In this document: piece by piece, positions 17,782 through 28,574 of the stretch | Position numbering within the stretch: position 1 is the first letter of the stretch | Layout of the letters: each line of letters begins with the position of its first letter | Origin: Candidatus Competibacter sp. | GTDB taxonomy: Bacteria; Pseudomonadota; Gammaproteobacteria; Competibacterales; Competibacteraceae | Assembly: GCA_037045685.1 (NCBI GenBank) | Contig: JBAOII010000036.1 | Location: 18,317-82,316, forward strand | Direction: 5' to 3' | DNA length: 64,000 nt | Program-made: the position numbers and the translations under genes | The notes under the pieces: generated by a model | The model's input: the letters and a program-made list of their open reading frames with translations, nothing else | Database searches by the model: none | What the model was told of the DNA's origin: nothing

Positions 17782-19245
17782 ATGGCACTCGGAATCAATA
17801 CCAACGCCTCTGCCCTGAACGCCCAGCGCGGTCTGGTTAGCAGCCAGGATAACCTCAACACGGCGATGCAGCGCCTGACCACCGGCCTGCGCATCAATTC
17901 CGCCAAGGACGACTCCGCTGGCCTGGCGATTGCCGATCGCATGACCGCGCAGGTTCGCGGTCTCAATCAGGGCGTCCGCAATGCCAACGACGGTATCTCC
18001 TTGGCGCAGACGGCGGAAGGCGCTTTGCAGGAGTCCACCAATATTCTGCAACGGATGCGCGAGCTGTCCGTGCAGTCGGCCAACGACACCAACACGGGCA
18101 CCGACCGTACTTCGTTGCAGAAGGAAGTCGGCCAGTTGCAACAGGAACTCAACCGCATCGCCAACACCACCGCGTTCAACGGCAAGACGCTGCTGGACGG
18201 CACCTTCAGTGCCCAGAAGTTCCAAGTCGGCGCCAATTCGAGCCAAACCATCCAGGTCAGCATGGGTAGCGCGCAAGCCTCATCTATCGGTGCCCAGCGG
18301 GTAACCACGTCTAGCGCGAGCTATGCCGTCGCCACCACTTCGGGTAATGCGATTACTGGTGGTACGTTGACGATCAATGGCTCGGTAGGATCGGCAACCG
18401 GCACTGTTGCGGCAGGTGATAGCGCGAAGACCATCGCGGCGACGGTGAACGGTTTGACCGCGAAAACCGGGGTGACAGCGCGGGCGATCACTCAGGCCGA
18501 GTTTAAAATCGCCTCATCCGGTGCGATCAACTTTGAACTGAGAGGCCAGAATACGACGGCTGCTTCGGGAGTAGCCATTTCCTACAGCGCCAGCACCACG
18601 GCTGGCGCCACGGATTTGGCGGGCTTGGCAGCGGCGATCAACGATAAGGCCGGCACGACGGGCATTACGGCCAAGGTCAACGACGCCAAGACCGGCCTGA
18701 CCCTCGAAAATGCCGACGGCTACGACATTCAGGTGAGGGCTACGGCGACTTCGGTCGCGACCATGTCACTGAATAATGTTAACGAGAACGGCGGTACCGG
18801 AACCGCTTCCACCAGCACCACGTTAACAGCCGGTTATCTGACGGTCGGTGGCCGAGTCACCCTCGAATCCGGCAAGAGTTTCTCGGAGTCGGTTAGCGCT
18901 GGCAACTTGGGTAACGGCACATCGACCTTAAAAGATGTGGGTACCGTCGATATCACCTCCCAGGCTGGCGCCAACGACGCCATCAGCGTGGTCGACAACG
19001 CCTTGGCTTTCATCGACGACTTGCGGGGCGATTTGGGCGCGGTCCAGAACCGCTTCGACTCGACCATCAGCAACCTGCAAAACGTGTCGGATAACATCAC
19101 CAGCGCCCGCTCGCGGATTCAGGATGCCGACTTCGGCAAGGAAACGTCGAACCTGAGCAAGTCGCAAATCTTGCAGCAGGCCGGTATCGCGATGCTGTCG
19201 CAGGCGAATCAGGCGCAGCAAAACGTGCTCTCGCTGCTGCGGTAA
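17782..19245 (+). CDS. fliC: Flagellin
   Basis: 487 aa. [18 protein letters not shown]...[24 protein letters not shown] is the conserved N-terminus and ...[32 protein letters not shown] the conserved C-terminus. The central domain is rich in Ser, Thr and Ala. Confidence 0.95.
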   Translation: MALGINTNASALNAQRGLVSSQDNLNTAMQRLTTGLRINSAKDDSAGLAIADRMTAQVRGLNQGVRNANDGISLAQTAEGALQESTNILQRMRELSVQSANDTNTGTDRTSLQKEVGQLQQELNRIANTTAFNGKTLLDGTFSAQKFQVGANSSQTIQVSMGSAQASSIGAQRVTTSSASYAVATTSGNAITGGTLTINGSVGSATGTVAAGDSAKTIAATVNGLTAKTGVTARAITQAEFKIASSGAINFELRGQNTTAASGVAISYSASTTAGATDLAGLAAAINDKAGTTGITAKVNDAKTGLTLENADGYDIQVRATATSVATMSLNNVNENGGTGTASTSTTLTAGYLTVGGRVTLESGKSFSESVSAGNLGNGTSTLKDVGTVDITSQAGANDAISVVDNALAFIDDLRGDLGAVQNRFDSTISNLQNVSDNITSARSRIQDADFGKETSNLSKSQILQQAGIAMLSQANQAQQNVLSLLR

Positions 19246-19258
19246 TCAAGTGGCATGG

Positions 19259-19295
19259 CGTGGAGTCCGAGATGAGTTCGCTCTCGGGCTCCACG
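19259..19295 (+). terminator. Stem-loop downstream of fliC (terminator or attenuator candidate)
   Basis: cgtggagtccgaga / tctcgggctccacg form a 14-bp stem with one G-T pair and a 9-nt loop, followed by cttta. The U-tract is weak. Confidence 0.4.
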
Positions 19296-19316
19296 CTTTA
19301 GCCTGGAGGGATCGCC

Positions 19317-19841
19317 ATGGCTGACATCAGCACTATCGGCAACCTTTCTTCCGGCGGGACTACCGCGCCGGTCGCGCGCCCCGCGCCTCCCGAACCTGTC
19401 ACGGTCCAGCAGGCGGTGGCGCAACCGCTCACTTCCCCCCAATCCGCGGTCACCCAATCGCCCAAGGCCGGCGGCACGGAGTGGCAGCGGAACGCCGATT
19501 CGGACGCCAGCAAGCCGCAGAGCCCGACATCGCAAACCGAAGCCGCTCGCAAGCAACTGACCGAAACCATCGACCATCTGAACCGGCGCCTGAGCGATTA
19601 CAACACCAACCTGCAATTCGAGATAGACGACAAATACCAGCAAGTGGTGATCCGTATCGTGGACCGGGAAACCAAGGAGGTGGTGCGGCAGATTCCGTCG
19701 GAGAAAGCCTTGGCGTTCGCCAAGTTCTTCGAGGAGATGGAATCGGAGCAGAGCCAAGGGCCGCCAGGCGGTAGCTCGTCCGGTGGCAAGGAGAGCGGGC
19801 GGTTGAAAGCGGAGGGTTGGTTGCTCCGGGCCACGGCGTGA
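19317..19841 (+). CDS. flaG: Flagellar protein FlaG
   Basis: 174 aa. ...NTNLQFEIDDKYQQVVIRIVDRETKEVVRQIPSEKALAFAKFF is the FlaG family core. It sits between fliC and fliD. Confidence 0.85.
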   Translation: MADISTIGNLSSGGTTAPVARPAPPEPVTVQQAVAQPLTSPQSAVTQSPKAGGTEWQRNADSDASKPQSPTSQTEAARKQLTETIDHLNRRLSDYNTNLQFEIDDKYQQVVIRIVDRETKEVVRQIPSEKALAFAKFFEEMESEQSQGPPGGSSSGGKESGRLKAEGWLLRATA

Positions 19842-19948
19842 TGGCCTAGAGCTTTTGTGTCTTTGTAGATAACGCTTCATTCCCCTGTCCCGTTTCTGGA
19901 GGACTGAGGGTGAGGAGGGTCCAAGCGCCCCGGCGCGAGGAGGACAAC

Positions 19949-21988
19949 ATGGCGAGCATCACATCATCGGGAATCGGTTCGGGCATCGATATCGACGGCT
20001 TGGTTTCGAAACTGGTGACCGCCGAGCGTCAGCCGATCGAAACCCGGTTCAACCAGCGTGAAGCTGCCCTGCAAACGCGAATTTCCGCGCTCGGCTCTTT
20101 CAAGGGCGCCCTGTCTCAGTTTCAGTCGGCGCTCGCCGGTTTGAAAAACGCGGATACCTTCAAGAGCGGCGCCAGCGCCACGGTGAGCAACGACAAGCTG
20201 CTCGCCGCCACCGCCACCGCCGGTGCGCCGGTCGGCTCCTACAGCGTGACGGTGGAGCAACTGGCCCAAGGTCAGAGATTGGCGACTTCCGCCGATCACC
20301 GCTTCGACAGCCTGACCGATGTGGTCGGCACCGGAACGCTCACCTTCCAGTTTGGAACTTATGGCGGAACCGCGGCCAATCCGACCTTCACGGCCAATCC
20401 CGACAAGGCGGTCAAGACCGTTACCATCGACGCTTCCAACAACACGCTGAGCGGTGTCGCCAAGGCGATCAACGAGGCCAAGATCGGCGTTCAGGCCAGC
20501 GTGATCAACGACGGCGGCGGTTATCGGCTGGTCCTGGGTTCGACGACCACCGGCGCCGCCAACAGCCTCAAGATCACCGCCGCCGACGGCGACAGCGACA
20601 ACACCGACATGGCCGGCCTGTCGCTGCTGGCGCACGACCCGACCCTGGCCGATGGAACCGCCGGCAAAAACATGACGCAAACCGTGGCCGGCCAGGACGC
20701 CCGCGCCATCATCGACGGCCTGACCGTCACCGGTGCCAGCAACACGCTCACCGATGCGGTTCCAGGGGTCACGCTCACGCTCAAGTCCAAGGATACCGCT
20801 CCCGCCACCTTGACCGTCGCCGAAGACAACGGCGCGATCAGCGGCGGCATCAACGCTTTCGTCAAGGCGTATAACGAGCTGGCCGGCACGATCAAATCCC
20901 TGACCAGCTACGATGCCAAAACCAAGCAGGGCGGCGCCTTGCAAGGGGATTTCAGCGTCCGCGCCATCTTCGGCCAAATCCGCAGCGAGCTGAACAAGGT
21001 GGTGAAAGGCGCCTCGTCCCAGGTGGATTCGCTGGCCGATCTGGGCATCACCACCCAGCGCGACGGCACCATCGCACTGGATAGCGCCAAGCTGCAAAAG
21101 GCCATCCAGGCCGACGCGCAAGGGGTCGCCAACCTGTTCGCCCGCGCCGGCCGCGCCACCGATCCGCTGGTCAACTACGTCGGCGCCACCAGCGACAGCA
21201 AAGTTGGCGACTACGGGCTGACCGTCTCGCAACTGGCGACCCAGGGCAGCTATACCGGAGCCGCCGTGGCGGCCGGCTCGTTCGCCATCGACAGCAACAA
21301 CAACACCTTTGCCCTCAAGGTCAACGGCACCCAATCCGGCACCATCACGCTGACGCAGGGCACCTTCACTTCGGCCCAAGTGGTCGCGGAGTTGCAAAGC
21401 CAGATCAACGGCGATTCGGCCTTGCAGGCGGCCAGCGCTTCGGTCAGCGTCAGCTTCAGCGCCACCACCCGCCAGTTCGCTTTCACCTCGGCCACTTACG
21501 GTGCGACCTCGAACGTCGAATTCACGGCGGTCGGCACCAGCACCCAGGCCACGTTCGGATTCAGCGTCGGCGCGGGAACCGCCGGTCAGGACGTGCAGGG
21601 CACCTTGGGGGACAATCCGGCCACTGGAACCGGACGGAAGCTCACCGGGTCCGAGGGGGGAGCGAAGGGCATTGCCGTCGAGATATTGGGCGGGGGCACC
21701 GGCGACCGCGGCAAGGTCTCGCTCTCGGACGGGCTCGCCCAACGGCTGGACAATCTGCTGAGCGACATTCTCGGCGGTGATGGCCCGCTGAGCGATCGCA
21801 TCGATAGCCTCAACAAGCAAGTGAGCGGAATCGACGACCAGCGCAAGACCCTCGATGATCGAATGACGTCCTTGGAAAAGCGCTACCGCGCCCAGTTTAT
21901 GGCGATGGACAAGCTGGTCGGTCAATTGACCGCCACCAGCAATTATTTGACGCAACAGTTCAACAGCTTATCCGGTTCCAAGTCGTAG
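19949..21988 (+). CDS. fliD: Flagellar filament cap protein FliD
   Basis: Start at MASITSSGIGSGIDIDGLVSKLV (ATG 19949, preceded by gaggagga). The C-terminus is ...EKRYRAQFMAMDKLVGQLTATSNYLTQQF. Confidence 0.9.
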   Translation: MASITSSGIGSGIDIDGLVSKLVTAERQPIETRFNQREAALQTRISALGSFKGALSQFQSALAGLKNADTFKSGASATVSNDKLLAATATAGAPVGSYSVTVEQLAQGQRLATSADHRFDSLTDVVGTGTLTFQFGTYGGTAANPTFTANPDKAVKTVTIDASNNTLSGVAKAINEAKIGVQASVINDGGGYRLVLGSTTTGAANSLKITAADGDSDNTDMAGLSLLAHDPTLADGTAGKNMTQTVAGQDARAIIDGLTVTGASNTLTDAVPGVTLTLKSKDTAPATLTVAEDNGAISGGINAFVKAYNELAGTIKSLTSYDAKTKQGGALQGDFSVRAIFGQIRSELNKVVKGASSQVDSLADLGITTQRDGTIALDSAKLQKAIQADAQGVANLFARAGRATDPLVNYVGATSDSKVGDYGLTVSQLATQGSYTGAAVAAGSFAIDSNNNTFALKVNGTQSGTITLTQGTFTSAQVVAELQSQINGDSALQAASASVSVSFSATTRQFAFTSATYGATSNVEFTAVGTSTQATFGFSVGAGTAGQDVQGTLGDNPATGTGRKLTGSEGGAKGIAVEILGGGTGDRGKVSLSDGLAQRLDNLLSDILGGDGPLSDRIDSLNKQVSGIDDQRKTLDDRMTSLEKRYRAQFMAMDKLVGQLTATSNYLTQQFNSLSGSKS

Positions 21989-21989
21989 C

Positions 21990-22013
21990 GCTCAGCCGGT
22001 CGCGCGGCTGAGC
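21990..22013 (+). terminator. Perfect 9-bp hairpin after fliD
   Basis: gctcagccg-gtcgcg-cggctgagc followed by gatttcgg. Confidence 0.4.
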
Positions 22014-22024
22014 GATTTCGGTGC

Positions 22025-22040
22025 CGGCATTCAATTTGCA
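22025..22040 (+). promoter_or_regulatory. Candidate sigma-54 promoter upstream of fliS
   Basis: CGGCAT-tcaat-TTGCA with correct GG-N10-GC spacing (GG 22026-22027, GC 22038-22039), 40 nt upstream of the fliS ATG. Confidence 0.45.
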
Positions 22041-22079
22041 ACCCTATCGCAGGTTATCCCCAATCGCCGAGAATCCGAC

Positions 22080-22514
22080 ATGGCCACACCGAACATCCCC
22101 AAAGCCTTGCAGCAGTACCAACAGGTGAACGCCCAGACCGGCGTCGCCTACGCCAGCCCGCACCGGCTGATCCAGATGCTCATGGAAGGCGCCCTGGAAC
22201 GGATCGCCGTCGCCAAGGGCTGCATCCAGCGTCAGGATATCGCCGCCAAGGGCGAGCAGATCGGCAAGGCGATCGATATCGTCGGCGGTTTGCGCGACGG
22301 GTTGAATTTGGAAGCCGGCGGCGAACTCGCCGCCAATCTCGACGCGCTCTACGATTACATGCAGCGGCGGTTGCTCGAAGCCAACCTGCGCTCCGACATC
22401 GCCATTCTCGACGAAGTCGCCGAGCTGCTGCGTCCCGTCAAAGAAGCGTGGGATGCCATCGGCGGTTCGTCGAGCCCCGAGCAGCCGCCCGCCGTCGCGG
22501 ACGCGCCCGCATGA
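22080..22514 (+). CDS. fliS: Flagellin-specific export chaperone FliS
   Basis: 144 aa. ...YQQVNAQTGVAYASPHRLIQMLMEGALERIAVAKG...LYDYMQRRLLEANL is the FliS four-helix signature. Confidence 0.9.
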   Translation: MATPNIPKALQQYQQVNAQTGVAYASPHRLIQMLMEGALERIAVAKGCIQRQDIAAKGEQIGKAIDIVGGLRDGLNLEAGGELAANLDALYDYMQRRLLEANLRSDIAILDEVAELLRPVKEAWDAIGGSSSPEQPPAVADAPA

Positions 22515-22831
22515 TGGTCACGGCCGAGGACTGGGAGCAGGGGATCAAGCTGCTGCGGCTGATGAGCGTCGAGATGCTCGAACTGGCCCAGGCTGGCGGC
22601 TGGGAGGAAGTGACCGAATGGGAGGAAAAGCGGCGTGCCCTGCTCGATGAATTGTTCCAGCAGGCGCCGCCGGCCGATCTGGCGCCCTCGCTCGAAAACG
22701 CCGCGCGCGCCGCGCTGGCCAGCGACGCCAAGCTGGTGGAGCTAGCGCGGGCCGAAATGGACAAGCTGGGCGAATATCTCAGATCGTTCGGTCAGGGTCG
22801 CCGTGCCCGCCACGCTTACCAGACCCTCTGA
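22511..22831 (+). CDS. FliT-like flagellar chaperone (small helical protein)
   Basis: 106 aa. The ATG overlaps the fliS stop (ATGA). ...MLELAQAGGWEEVTEWEEKRRALLDELF resembles the FliT-like proteins found after fliS in Pseudomonas-type clusters. Confidence 0.55.
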   Translation: MMVTAEDWEQGIKLLRLMSVEMLELAQAGGWEEVTEWEEKRRALLDELFQQAPPADLAPSLENAARAALASDAKLVELARAEMDKLGEYLRSFGQGRRARHAYQTL

Positions 22832-22861
22832 ACGCCAACGCCATCCTTTCGCCGCGCTGCC

Positions 22862-23437
22862 ATGACCGCCATCGCCCCCGACCCATCCATCTCCGGCTTG
22901 GTTTTTGCCGGTCGCCTGCCTCTGGCGTGGCGCGAGCTGCCGGAACTGCCCGACGAAATTGAAAGCCGCGAGCTGGAGCGGGCCAATCTGATCAACCTGC
23001 ACACCCTGTTCGCGCTGGACATTCATGCCGGCGATTCCGGCGACGACCCCATCGCCCTCGCCAGCGCCACCGAACTCAAGCGCTTGGATTTCAAGGTCGG
23101 TTTGCTGCTCGAACTGGTCGGGCAACTGTATGCGCGCCAGCAGGCCATTCCCCCGGAGCACCACCTGATCCTGACGGTGGATGGCCTGCGCTGGCGGGCC
23201 GAGGCCGCCCCTCCAACCGGCGGCTTGCTGCGGCTGGAGCTGTATTGCAATCTCAGCTATCCCCGCCCGCTCATCCTCCATGCCCGAGTGGCCGACACGG
23301 TTCCCTATCCGGGCGGCTGGCAAATCCAAACCCGCTTCGAGGAACCCAGCGAAGCCCTCCAGGAAGCCCTGGAACGCTATATTTTCCTGCAACATCGCCG
23401 CTCCATCGCTCATAGCCGGCGCAGTGGCCTCCGCTAA
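22862..23437 (+). CDS. Hypothetical protein, possibly an atypical PilZ-like domain
   Basis: 191 aa with a coding-like composition, located between the fliT-like gene and fleQ. It has no canonical RxxxR or DxSxxG motifs. The PilZ-like call rests only on context and a beta-rich C-terminal half (ILTVDGLRW...LRLELYCN...ILHARV). Confidence 0.45.
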   Translation: MTAIAPDPSISGLVFAGRLPLAWRELPELPDEIESRELERANLINLHTLFALDIHAGDSGDDPIALASATELKRLDFKVGLLLELVGQLYARQQAIPPEHHLILTVDGLRWRAEAAPPTGGLLRLELYCNLSYPRPLILHARVADTVPYPGGWQIQTRFEEPSEALQEALERYIFLQHRRSIAHSRRSGLR

Positions 23438-23438
23438 G

Positions 23439-23598
23439 GCTTTGATCTGCGTTTGACTTTCATTACAATTGCCCCATCGACAACGGTCTGGCGAAAGAAA
23501 CGCGGCCAGCGGCGTGGCCGCTAGCGTTAACGCTTTGATCCGCGTGCGGCCTTCATTACAATTGCCCGGATAACAACAGCAATTGCCTCGATAACAGC
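23439..23598. repeat. Direct-repeat array upstream of fleQ (probable transcription-factor binding sites)
   Basis: Two ~46-nt imperfect repeats lie at 23439-23484 and 23532-23577, sharing GCTTTGATC...TTCATTACAATTGCCC...GA.AACAAC. The 19-mer CAATTGCC-N3-GA-N-AACA occurs three times, at 23467, 23559 and 23580, and the last two copies are 21 nt apart. Confidence 0.6.
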
Positions 23599-23731
23599 GC
23601 AGCGTATCGGAAGCCGGCGCGCGGCTCCGACAGCGGGCGAGAGCGTCGCGAGGCGGTCGATGGCGGGCATCGTGCCAGCTTTTCCCATCCACCGAGCGTC
23701 GCGTCGCATCCATTCCGAGACCATCAGACCG

Positions 23732-25252
<1,521 letters not shown>

Positions 25253-25352
25253 CGCCGGATCGTCGGCGGCCTGGACTCTCCCCGCCGCCGCCAATTTATT
25301 GGCGTCAACGTCGCTAATAAACTAACATTTTGATAAAAAATAAATTTTTTTG

Positions 25353-25369
25353 AGGCACGGTTTTTGCTG
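25353..25369 (+). promoter_or_regulatory. Sigma-54 promoter of the fliE operon
   Basis: aGGCAC-ggttt-TTGCT is a near-perfect TGGCAC-N5-TTGCW. It is preceded by an AT-rich tract (25321-25350) and lies ~60 nt upstream of the fliE ATG. Confidence 0.7.
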
Positions 25370-25425
25370 CCAATTGAGGGTCACCCGCCTTCAAGGCGAT
25401 CCAACCCATCAGGGAGCAGGAACCG

Positions 25426-25755
25426 ATGCACTCGATCAACACGACCAATCCACTGGCCAACGGTTTGCGTCAACTCGGCGAACCGGCGGTCGCGGCGCCT
25501 CCGCAGATCGGCGCCGAGGCCGGAACCCAGTCCTCGGACGATTTCGCCAGCGTGTTCAGAACCGTGCTGGCCGGCGTCAATCGCTCCCAACAGCACGCGA
25601 CCCGCTTGGCCGAATCGTTCGACGTGGGCCAGGAGCAGGATCTGGCCGGCGTGATGATCGCTCAGCAAAAAGCCCGACTGTCGTTCCAAACCACCTTGCA
25701 GGTTCGCAACAAGGTGGTTTCCGCCTATCAAGACATCATGAACATGCCGATCTGA
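25426..25755 (+). CDS. fliE: Flagellar hook-basal body complex protein FliE
   Basis: 109 aa. ...VMIAQQKARLSFQTTLQVRNKVVSAYQDIMNMPI is the FliE C-terminus. Confidence 0.9.
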   Translation: MHSINTTNPLANGLRQLGEPAVAAPPQIGAEAGTQSSDDFASVFRTVLAGVNRSQQHATRLAESFDVGQEQDLAGVMIAQQKARLSFQTTLQVRNKVVSAYQDIMNMPI

Positions 25756-25796
25756 ACGGCCCGAAGACCCGCGTGATCGCGTGAGGGGAACGCACC

Positions 25797-27560
25797 GTGG
25801 CCGAAGCGAACAACGCGCCGCCATCGGGTCCACCCGCCGGTATCGACTGGCGGGCCGAACTCGCGAAATTCCGCCGGCCGGGGCCGGCCCAGATCGGCAT
25901 CCTGGCCGGCGTTGCCGCCCTGCTCGCGCTGCTGGTGGCCGGAACGCTGTGGGTCAACGCCCCGACCTACGACGTGCTGTATCGGGGTTTGGCCGAGGCG
26001 GACGCCGGCCAAATCATGGAGGCCCTGCAGAAATCCAACATTCCGTTCAAGGTCGATACCCGCAGCGGCGCGTTGCTGGTATCGGCCGATCAGGTCCACG
26101 AAGCCCGCCTCAAGCTCGCCAGCCAAGGCTTGCCGCGCGGCACCGTCAACGGCCTGGAGGCGCTGGAGCAAAAGAACAGCTTCGGGGTCAGCCAGTTCAT
26201 GGAAACCGCCCGTTACCAGCACGCGCTGGAGGGCGAGCTGGCCCGCTCGATCATGACCATCGGCTCGGTGGAAGCCGCCCGGGTCCATCTGGCGTTCCCG
26301 AAGGAAACCGTGTTCGCCCGCCAGCAACAGCCGCCCACGGCCTCGGTTCTGGTGCGCTTGCATCCGGGCCGGACGCTGGACCCCGGCCAGGTCGCCGCCA
26401 TCGTGCATCTGGTCGGGTCGAGCGTTCCCAAGCTCGCCCCGGAGAAGGTGTCGGTGATCGATCAGGCCGGCAATCTGCTGACCCGGCCGGAGCGGGAAGG
26501 CGACAGCGATCTGAACCTGGATCAACTGGAGTACGCGCGGCGCCTGGAAGAGCGCTACGCCCGCCGCATCGAGGATTTGCTGACGCCGGTGTGGGGCGCG
26601 GGCCGGGTTCGCGCCCAGGTCTCGCTGGATCTGGATTTCACCGCCAACGAGGAAACCGCCGAGCGCTACGAGCCCCGGCAGGAGCCGCGCCCGGTGCGCA
26701 GCGAGCAGTTGCTGGAGGAAACCAATCCCCGGCTGAATCCGGCCGGCATTCCCGGCGCCCTGTCCAACCAGCCGCCCGGCGTGGCGACCGCGCCGGAAAC
26801 GACCGGCCAGACTCAGGCAAACCCCAACCAGAATCCCCAGAATCCGCAAAACCCGGCCGCGACGCCGGGCGCCGTCCCCGGGCAGACCGCGCAAAATACC
26901 GTGGTGACCCCCACCCGCAAGGAAGTGACCCGCAACTACGAACTGGACAAGCGAGTCACGCACAGTCGCGGCGTGCCGGGGCGGATCGCGCGGGTTTCGG
27001 CGGCGGTGGTGGTGGACGACCGCACCGCCCTCGAAGGCGGTCAGCCGGTGCGCAAGCCGCTCGGCCCGGAGGAAATCGAACGGATCACCGCCCTGGTCAA
27101 ACAGGCGGTCGGTTTCAGCGCCGACCGGGGCGACAGCGTCAACGTGCTGAACGCCACCTTCGCGCCGGCGGCGCTGGAGGAACCGCCGCTGCCGATGTGG
27201 CAGCAGGCCTGGTTCCTGGAGCTGGTCAAGTGGGGCGTGGTGGCGGTGCTGTCCCTGGCGGTGCTGCTGCTGGTGGTGCGGCCGGTGCTGCGGCGCTTGC
27301 TGCCGGCGCCGGCGGTCCCCGCCGAGGGCGGCGCCAGGGAAACCGCCGGAGCGCTGCCGGCCCCCGAAGAGGGTGTCGAGGGGTTGCTGGAAGACCAGGT
27401 CGAGATCGGCGGCGCCCTGGAAAACGGACGGCCCAAGGGGCTGTTGGGCAACCCGGCCGAGCAACTGGAAAAACGCATGGATCTGGCCCGCTCCCTGGTG
27501 GCCGAGGACCCGAAGCGGGCGGTCCAAGTGATCCGCAACTGGCTGACCAGCGAGGGGTAG
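25797..27560 (+). CDS. fliF: Flagellar MS-ring protein FliF
   Basis: 587 aa, GTG start. ...YDVLYRGLAEADAGQIMEALQKSNIPFKVD...ARYQHALEGELARSI is the FliF/YscJ signature. Confidence 0.95.
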   Translation: MAEANNAPPSGPPAGIDWRAELAKFRRPGPAQIGILAGVAALLALLVAGTLWVNAPTYDVLYRGLAEADAGQIMEALQKSNIPFKVDTRSGALLVSADQVHEARLKLASQGLPRGTVNGLEALEQKNSFGVSQFMETARYQHALEGELARSIMTIGSVEAARVHLAFPKETVFARQQQPPTASVLVRLHPGRTLDPGQVAAIVHLVGSSVPKLAPEKVSVIDQAGNLLTRPEREGDSDLNLDQLEYARRLEERYARRIEDLLTPVWGAGRVRAQVSLDLDFTANEETAERYEPRQEPRPVRSEQLLEETNPRLNPAGIPGALSNQPPGVATAPETTGQTQANPNQNPQNPQNPAATPGAVPGQTAQNTVVTPTRKEVTRNYELDKRVTHSRGVPGRIARVSAAVVVDDRTALEGGQPVRKPLGPEEIERITALVKQAVGFSADRGDSVNVLNATFAPAALEEPPLPMWQQAWFLELVKWGVVAVLSLAVLLLVVRPVLRRLLPAPAVPAEGGARETAGALPAPEEGVEGLLEDQVEIGGALENGRPKGLLGNPAEQLEKRMDLARSLVAEDPKRAVQVIRNWLTSEG

Positions 27561-27563
27561 GCG

Positions 27564-28574
27564 ATGCCGGAACTGACCGCGACATTCAAGGGCGTCGAGC
27601 GCGCGGCGGTGGTGCTGATGGCTCTCGGCGAAAGCCACGCCGCCGAAATCCTCCGCCACCTGGACCCGCGCGAGCTGCACAAGCTGGGTGTCGCCATGGC
27701 CAATCTGGCCAACGTCAACCGCGACCAGCTCAGCGAGATCGTCCACGCCTTCAACGAGGAAGTGCACCAGCAGAACTCCCTGATGCTGGACGGCGAAAAC
27801 TATATTCGCGGCGTGCTGACCCGCGCTCTGGGGCGCGACAAAGCCCGGAATATTCTGGAACACATTTTCGATGGCGAGGGCCAGTCCGGCGTCGATTCGC
27901 TGAAATGGATGGATGCCGGTTCCATCGCCGGCGGCCTGCGCGAAGAGCACCCCCAGGTCGTCGCCCTGGTGCTGTCGTCGCTGCGGCCCGAGCAGGCCGC
28001 CGAGGTGGTCAACCTGCTGCCCTCGCCGCTGCGCGACGAGGCTCTGCTGCGGGTGGCGATCCTGGACGAGATCCCCTCGGGCGCCCTGGCCGAGTTGAAC
28101 GAACTGATCGAGAAGCAAGTCATGCGCAACATCAGCGCCGCCGCCACCTCCAAGATCGGCGGACCCAAGCGGGCCGCCGAAATTCTCGGCCGGCTGGACG
28201 CCGCCGTCGAGGGCCAGATTCTCGACAAGATCAAGGAAACGGACGCCGAACTCGGCGACAAGATCGAAGAGTTGATGGTCGTGTTCGAGAATCTGCTCGG
28301 CCTCAGCGACCGCGATATCCAGACCCTGCTGCGCGAGGTTTCCTCCGAGATGCTGCTGGTGGCCTTGCGCGGCGCGGACGAGGCGGTCCGGCAGAAGATC
28401 ATGGGCAACATGTCCCGGCGGGCCGCCGACCTGCTGCGCGACGATCTGGAAGCCATGCCGCCGGTCAAGCTCAGCGACGTGGAAGCCGCCCAGAAGGAGA
28501 TCATGGCCGCCGCCAAGCGGTTGGCGGAGGCCGGCGAAATTACCCTGAGCAGCAAGGGAGACCAGCTTGTCTAA
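27564..28574 (+). CDS. fliG: Flagellar motor switch protein FliG
   Basis: 336 aa. ...ERAAVVLMALGESHAAEILRHL...MVVFENL...IQTLLREV...MSRRAADLLRDDLE are FliG motifs. Confidence 0.95.
   Translation: MPELTATFKGVERAAVVLMALGESHAAEILRHLDPRELHKLGVAMANLANVNRDQLSEIVHAFNEEVHQQNSLMLDGENYIRGVLTRALGRDKARNILEHIFDGEGQSGVDSLKWMDAGSIAGGLREEHPQVVALVLSSLRPEQAAEVVNLLPSPLRDEALLRVAILDEIPSGALAELNELIEKQVMRNISAAATSKIGGPKRAAEILGRLDAAVEGQILDKIKETDAELGDKIEELMVVFENLLGLSDRDIQTLLREVSSEMLLVALRGADEAVRQKIMGNMSRRAADLLRDDLEAMPPVKLSDVEAAQKEIMAAAKRLAEAGEITLSSKGDQLV

Noticed and set aside
19842-19857. TGGCCT-agagc-TTTTG upstream of fliD as a sigma-54 promoter
   Set aside because: The -12 position has TT instead of the invariant GC at GG-N10 spacing.
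19964-21955. 663-aa minus-strand ORF antisense to fliD
   Set aside because: This is the same GC artefact. FliD on the plus strand has conserved termini.
23439-23598. The direct repeats upstream of fleQ as a CRISPR array or mobile-element end
   Set aside because: There are only two or three degenerate copies with unequal spacing, no cas or transposase genes nearby, and a location in a promoter region. Regulatory sites are more plausible.
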